A stretch of DNA of 64,000 bases from Rhizophagus irregularis (Eukaryota). This document shows, one piece after another, positions 57,560 to 64,000 of the stretch. The notes beneath the pieces are model-generated. The model was not told the DNA's origin, ran no database searches, and saw nothing but the letters and a program-made list of their open reading frames with translations. The stretch is from NCBI RefSeq assembly GCF_026210795.1, contig NC_089429.1, forward strand, positions 3,472,001 to 3,536,000, given 5' to 3'. Position 1 is the first letter of the stretch. Each line of letters begins with the position of its first letter. The position numbers and the translations under genes are program-made.

Positions 57560-58739
57560 ATATTATTTTTTATATATATCACACGTAATAGCATTTTTTT
57601 TACCATAATTAATATAGTTTTAATAAATAAAATGGTTATTAATTCTTAACAACACGGGTGTGACATAAATAAATCGTGGCTGAAATTTGTGTTCAATTTG
57701 TGTTCAATTTGTGTTGATAATTCTGGTAAAAATTTGTTAATTTTGGCCAAATTTCGTTAAATTTGTTAAATTTGTGTTGAGTTTGTGTTGATAATTTTTA
57801 ATTTATCACGAGGGGATAATATTTAGTAATTGTGCATATACAATTTCTGTGATTTTTTAAAATGCGGATTTCCGTAATTTTACGATATCGTATTTTCTGG
57901 CCAATCAAATTAGGCTGATCCTTCGCATGTGATTTAATCATTTAATCATTTAATCATGCACGCGTTTTTGTCTTATTTATTTTTGTTTCTTATTTCTTTA
58001 TTCTTTTGTTCAATATTTTTAATTTTTTTGTCTCTTCTTTCTATTATTTCTTTAATTATATACAATATATTTACATATATTTCATAATTTATTGCTTTGC
58101 AGGTATAGAAATATTTGTTTATTAATACTAATTATTTTCATTTTTTTTTACCTCTTTGTTATTTTGTATCGTAATACTAACAATAATATCCATGTTTCCT
58201 TTATTCCTTTTTACTTGTACTTTAATACTAACGATACTAACAATACTAACAACATGTTTATTTTTTCCTTTCTCTTTATTTCTTTATTCTTTTGTTCAAT
58301 TACTTTGCAGGTATAGAAATATTTATTTATTAATACTAATTATTTTAATATTAACGCATTTTTTTTTTACCTCTTTGTTACTTTATGTCGTAATACTAAC
58401 AATACTATCTACGTTTCCTTTATTTCTTTTTACTTGTACTTTAATACTAACGATAATATCCATGTTTCTTTTACTCCTTTTACTGTTTCTTTAACTCTTT
58501 TTACCTTAATACTAACAATAATAACAATATTTCTTTTATCTTTATATCTAATACTAACGTTACTATAGCTGTTTCTCTTCTTTTTACGTCTAATAATATT
58601 GTTACTCTACTCTTTCTCTTTTTTACTTTTATGTATTCTGTATATATTAATAAATACTTGTAATTTTTTATGATTATATCTAATAAAACATACATTATAT
58701 AAACTTATAGTACAGAAAATGAAGTATTATTTATCGAAA

Positions 58740-59170
58740 TATTTTGAAATATTACGAAATATTAAGTTGTGTAAAATCACAGAATATTACGAATCGTCAA
58801 ATTATGGAACATTACGCATCATAGAATTTCGAAATATTTTAAAAAGTTGCGAAGTATTACGCAGTAAAATTACAGAATATTACGAATCGTAAAATTACGA
58901 AGCCTTGCATACAGTAATATTTCGAAATATTTTAAAAAGTTACAAAATATTACGCTTACGCAAACTTGCGGCGGGTCTGAAAACTTACGAAATATTATGT
59001 AAAATTACAAAATATTGCGAACCGCAAAATTACGGAATATTACAAATCGTAAAATTACGAAGCTTTGCATATCGTAATATTTCGAAATATTTTAAAAAGT
59101 TACGAAATATTACGCTTACGCAAACTTGCGGCGGGTCTGGAAGCTTACGAAATATTATGATGTGTAAACT
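58740..59170 (-). repeat. Right subterminal repeats of the 9.5-kb element
   Basis: Recurrent aatattacg, tatttcgaaat and cgtaaaattacg motifs, with two ~130-bp units containing cgcaaacttgcggcgggtctg. Confidence 0.8.
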
Positions 59171-59583
59171 TGCGCAACTTTTCGCACTATATAATTTCCT
59201 GATGGACTATTCGATCGATCAGTATGATGGCGAAAGTTTCTTAAAGTTTAATTTTTTAAACAACTTCATTTTTTCTCACCAACCTTTTTCTTTTTAGAGT
59301 TTAATCTTTTTAGAGTTTAATTGTTGATATAATACTTAAATTATATTAAATTTATTAAAATCATCAACTATCACTTAAATTATAAATATTACATGATGTC
59401 GATTTGCGTTCAAATCGTTCGATTAATAATATTAATAATAAAATAGACTATTTGATCAGTATGATGGCGAAAGTTTCTTAAAGTTTAATTTTTTAAATAA
59501 AACTTCATTTTTTCTCACCAACCTTTTCTTTTTAGAGTTTTAACGTCTAATACTCTTCGCAACCAAAAAAAAAATAAAAAAAT

Positions 59584-61596
59584 AATGAGCCAAAATTCAC
59601 AACCAAATAAAATAATGATCTAAAATAGAAAAAATAAAAATACTGAAAAAGATTTGGCTAGTGATAATCGAAATAAAACGATTACTAACATCAATAAAAG
59701 TTCGTCCAATATCCAACAAGCTGTTGAAGGGACTGCCACGCCAATTCATGAGCGAGCTCAAACTACTAACATCAATAAAAGTTCATCCAATATCCAACAA
59801 GCTGTTGAAGGGACTGCCACCCCAATTCATGAGTGAGCTCAAACTACTAACATCAATAAAAATTCGTCCAATACTCAACAACCATCTGCTGCGCCAAGTC
59901 ATGAACGAGCTCAAAGTGTAAAAGAGAGATATAAAAATCTTCGGCTTCCGGATTCGTCCAATACTCAACCACCATCTGCGCCAAGTCATGAACGAGTCCA
60001 AAGTGTAAAAGAGAGATATAAAAATCTTTGGCTTCCGGTCAGATATCAAACTAATGAACCTACCCGCGATAATGATGATGCATCAACAGGTCTGTATCGT
60101 GTATATATCGTCAGTTAGATTTAGTATTTTTTTTTTTGTTGATTTTACATTTTTATACAAAGAATCGGAGGTTATCTCAAGAAGTATCCGATTTGCGTGC
60201 GAAGTGTTTACAGTTAGAACGACGAAATAATGAATTAACCAAACATACAGCTGTCGTTGCCACTTAAATAGCTCGCTTACGAGAAGATAACGAATTTCTT
60301 GCTGGTGTTAACGCAGAATTCGGTTCTGAAAATGACGACTTAAAAGAAGAGGTTAACGAATTAAAAACGAAACTCGAACAATACCAGATACGATCATCAT
60401 CTGAAAGCCTTGATGTTATTGATGTTCCAAAAGAACGGTTAGCAAAACGGTTCAAATCAGATAGGTCAAAAAAAGTAAAGAAGACGGTATACTACGCCGA
60501 AAATTAACCAAAAGAAGAACAAGAAGAACAACATGAAAAGGAGGCGAGAGTTTGTAATTTTGTAATTTTAGGCAGAATTGTATAGTCTTTATACTTTTAT
60601 ACTAATTGTTCCGATTTAAAAATTGAAATGAAAATGATCCTCAAAACTATTAAACCTAATGACAATTTGGATGATAACAAAACGTTTAATAGTCCAAAAA
60701 ATGTTGAAATTCGCAGTAGATTAATTCCCGAACTTCGAAGGGTGATGTTTCCGAATTATAAACCTTCAGTAGCACAATTGACGAACTGGTTGAGTGCCCT
60801 CCATAAGTCGCGAAGATCACAAACACAACTGAAAAAAAGTGGAAAAAGCGACGAGAACAGTCGCAGAGTTTACAACAACAGTCACATACAAAATGTAAAA
60901 TTGTCGAATTTTTTCCTTTATTATCATGTTAATGATTTATGCTAATTTTCTTATATATTTATCATTTAAGAAAAAATTGCGTCAAATTAAGGCTGCAAAG
61001 GATCTTTATAGGAAAAGTGACGAAAGAATAATTGGTTATGAAAAACGCCAATTATTAAAAATGTTGGCAAATCGATCTTACCACTCGCCGGAAATCAGTG
61101 AGTCAGATGAAGAGAATCCAGATAAGACGATCGTATGCGTCTATGCTTATTCTTGGTGATCACAAGAGGTTTATACTTTGATATTTATTATACTTCGATA
61201 TTTATACTTTGATATTTATACTTTGATATTTATACTTCGATATTTATACTTCGATATATCACTCGTGTCCCTTTCTTTATTTTGTATTTATTTTATTTAT
61301 ATTGTCTTTTTTAGCTAAAAAATTTACTTCGAAACGTCATCGACTCACATTCGGCAGATATTCAAACGGCAAAATTACAACGACCTCGCCAGTATGATGA
61401 TGAAGTTCAACACTTCAACCGAATGCACCCTGAAGATGCTCCACAATGGTCATATGTCGAGCAAGAGGATTTTATATATGATACGGAAATCGATAGTAGA
61501 AGTAGTTTCGACGAAGATGAAGACTATGGTGAAGAAACGGAAGAGGTGTTAATCGATAGTCAAAAAAGTGCAGCCGGTGATGATTTAGCTGAATGA
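59584..61596 (+). pseudogene. Accessory gene of the outer CACTA element, spliced and decayed, with internal tandem duplications
   Basis: Repeats of TTNINKSSSNIQQAVEGTATPIHE, a coiled coil, LTNWLSALHKSRR, YHSPEISESDEE, YSW*SQE and an acidic tail. Several stop codons. Confidence 0.65.
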
Positions 61597-61969
61597 AGCG
61601 GGACTATCGATTACATTTATTTTAAATTTTTTTTTTCATGTATTATCGTAAATATTTCTGATAATTAATATATAACGATAATAAATTTAAATCGAATTTT
61701 CTATATATAATAATTTTCTGAATTTACTATGATTTAGTTCTGATTTATGTCTGATTTAAGTTTCGAAGTACATCTGATTGACTGTCCGAATTTAGTATAA
61801 TTTAGTTCTGATTTATGTCCGATTTAAGTTCCGAAGTACATCTGATTGGCAGTCAATCGGATAACAATCGGAATATATTTTTTTTGTAAAAATCGGACAT
61901 ATTTCAGCCGTAATTTGACCTAAAATCGGATATCCGATTTTTAGCCGATTTGCCTTATTTCGACTAGTG

Positions 61970-63326
61970 GCAAGCTCAGGCTTCAATCTTTGACGATCAT
62001 GCCAATTTCTTAAGCAATCCCTCACTTTGAGGATAGCGATGAGCTATTAGCAATAAATGAAATTAAAGACTACTGAACTGAGAAACTGCCTAAAAAACAT
62101 ATTCATGTCTTAGTCTCTTTGCCAGATAGAGTCTACCGCCACTTCAAGCCGTGAGCAGGAACTGCTTGAGGAGATCGCCTCATTGAAGGAGAAACTTAGC
62201 AAGTCTGAATATGGTACATATTTTTTCCTTACCTGAGGTTGCTAAAATCTTCAGGTCATGAGGCTGTTTGAACTTTATTAACTCGTCTGATACATTACAG
62301 AGTTCGACATTATTGTCAGCAAACTAAAACAGAAGGCAAATAAGTGGACTGTAAATATTGAGCAAGGAACTCTCAGTGATTTCAAAGATTATATACGTGA
62401 ATTGTATAAACTACCAGTATTTGAAAATGATGGGGCAGTGCTCAACTTCATGAATAATGAGAGGAAATATTACCCTAGGAATGATGTCACATTCCAGAAA
62501 ATGTTGCAGTTGCTAGTATCAAAGAATAATCTCAAGTTTACTGTATTCATTGAGACTCCCTTGAAACCATTCAACAAGTGGACCTTCCCAAAAGTGTGTC
62601 AACTCTATGGGCTTAGTGATAATCCAAATCCTAGTATTGATGTTTATCCCGTTTTTAAATTTAGTTGTGTGGACACAAAGAATGAAAAGTATGGAGAGGT
62701 ATTACAAAAGCTTTTTGATAAATTGGAGACTCATGTCACAATAACATTTATTGACGTATCTTACAAGGTCACAAAAAGTATCTATTCATATTCCTTTCTC
62801 ACTTCAGCAACTTTTCCATTTAAAAGCCAAATAAAAATAGTACCCAAAAAGTTGGTCGAAGGAAAAAACAAACATGGGAATCTTGATTTTGGAATTGAAT
62901 CATGTACAACTGGGAGAACAGTTGGCCTGATCGAAATCAAAAAAATGATTTTAAGCAGGGCTTGGCTCAAGCCACCATACAGATGGAATCTTCACTAGGC
63001 CATAAGCGCAAAGCAAAAGAAATAGATAATGAATATAGTTTGGATAAAGTATGGGAGATTGTAATAGATGTAGAGAAATGGTACTTCATGAAATATACGT
63101 AAGACAGTAAAAGAATCATATATCATTTAAGTTGTCGAAGCCCTTATTTGTTATATATGATGGTGAGGATATGAAAGGCATGGTGGAAAACTTTCTTGGT
63201 CACATTTTATAGTTACTTGAAAAAGTGCAGAAACTGGTGAAAGCTTTAGAAGAATCGAGAAAAATAAAAAGAGTAAAGTCAGGCGAGTTACCAAAGGTAA
63301 CCAATCTTAAGGGGAAAACGAATTAG
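61970..63326 (+). pseudogene. Crinkler (CRN)-type gene: HVLVxxP N-terminal motif and restriction-endonuclease-like C-terminus; 5' truncated
   Basis: DELLAINEIKDY*TEKLPKKHIHVLVSLP at ~62040-62124. Later GNLDFGIE...GLIEIKK/NDFKQGLAQATIQMESS is PD-(D/E)xK-like. Stops and a frameshift are present. Confidence 0.72.
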
Positions 63327-63511
63327 AATTTAGGAATAGAAATTTTATCATATACCACAGGCAATGTTCTGAACATTTGTATTTATTTTTTGCATATATT
63401 AATAAAAATTTATTCTTGGCAAAATTTCAGCTAAAGCACCCTGGCCAAAAAACACGTTTTTTTTATTTTGAATACTTATATACAGTATATTAGTTTTATA
63501 TATTATAAATC

Positions 63512-64000
63512 ATGTCATCAGAACTTGAATTATTGAAATAGCGTATCACTGAACTTGAGGCTGAGAATTCCGGTTTTAGAATCAAGCTCTTAGTGTCTGA
63601 AGTCTGATGCTGAAATAGCTGAATTTAAACGCAAGAATACTGAGTTTCTAAAAGCGAATAAGAAATATAATGAGAGGTATGATGCTGAAAATGCAAAACT
63701 CAGGGTTAGAATCAAGGAGATGGAATCTGAGTTTGGAGATAGAATCACGAAAGTGGAACAGAATCAGTTGCAAAACGATAATTCAGTTACAAAGCAGTTA
63801 CCTATGGTAGCACATTATGAAAAGCCATTGGTGGATAAAGAAATGGATACTTCTTTACCCGAAGAACCAACACCAGAAGTATCACCTACCAATATACCTG
63901 ACTCTCAGTTTGAGCAATGTAAGCCTGTTTGCAAAATAAATAATGCAGTATCAAAGGTACCTGTCAGCTCTAAGATATCAGAAGAAAGAGAAACTGGACT
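63512..64000 (+). pseudogene. Coiled-coil N-terminal gene fragment (MSSELELLK*RITELEAEN...), runs off the window
   Basis: Heptad-like sequence with an early stop and frameshifts. Confidence 0.5.

Larger units (their letters stand above)
51757..57835. repeat. Pair of ~190-bp inverted repeats (51757-51950 and 57640-57835) bracketing the two divergent genes
   Basis: caattactaaatat..cccct(t/c)gtgataaat...caacacaaattt...gtcac(g/a)cccgtgttgttaa and its reverse complement. Confidence 0.9.
49673..59204. mobile_element. 9532-bp CMC/Plavaka-type element with CATCAGGAAATT termini and a 2-bp TSD (GA)
   Basis: TIR catcaggaaatt(t/a)tatag(c/t)gcgaaaa(a/g)ttgcg(t/c)aagtttac at both ends. GA lies at 49671-72 and 59205-06. 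An empty-site copy aaatagactat is at ~59441. Confidence 0.92.
47590..61969. mobile_element. Outer CACTA/CMC element (left end truncated) with a Tnp2-like transposase and a divergent accessory gene; hosts two nested insertions
   Basis: Right TIR ccgatttgccttatttcgactagtg ends at 61969, with subterminal repeats at 61730-61860. The transposase and accessory gene become head-to-head once 49673-59204 is removed. Confidence 0.7.

Overview
AT-rich, intron-rich eukaryotic DNA, most likely an arbuscular mycorrhizal fungus (Glomeromycota, Rhizophagus-like). That assignment is inferred from gene and transposon families, not from a database search. The window has three parts. (1) 1-1620 is the end of a CACTA-type transposon. 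It holds a tandem array of ~45-nt micro-exons and ~90-nt intron-like units in which the 5' splice site and the branch point each lie in a hairpin. (2) 2.2-24.6 kb is a compact block of ten apparently intact genes: alanine aminotransferase, a mitochondrial carrier, AP-2 mu, Sec15, an NTF2-like protein, LETM1/Mdm38, a LEA_2-like membrane protein, Hap5/NF-YC, Ipk1 and an NmrA-like protein. (3) 25-64 kb is a nest of mostly decayed transposons. It includes a full-length RNase H-bearing LINE with a 16-bp TSD, a Tc1/mariner element, fold-back palindrome arrays around orphan genes, and a CACTA element interrupted by a 521-bp palindromic MITE and a 9.5-kb element with the same CATCAGGAAAT termini. The 9.5-kb element carries a Plavaka transposase, a divergent ORF and an intact Myb/SANT-like gene. 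A Crinkler-type pseudogene lies near the right end. Exon boundaries were read by eye, and spliced genes are given start-to-stop.
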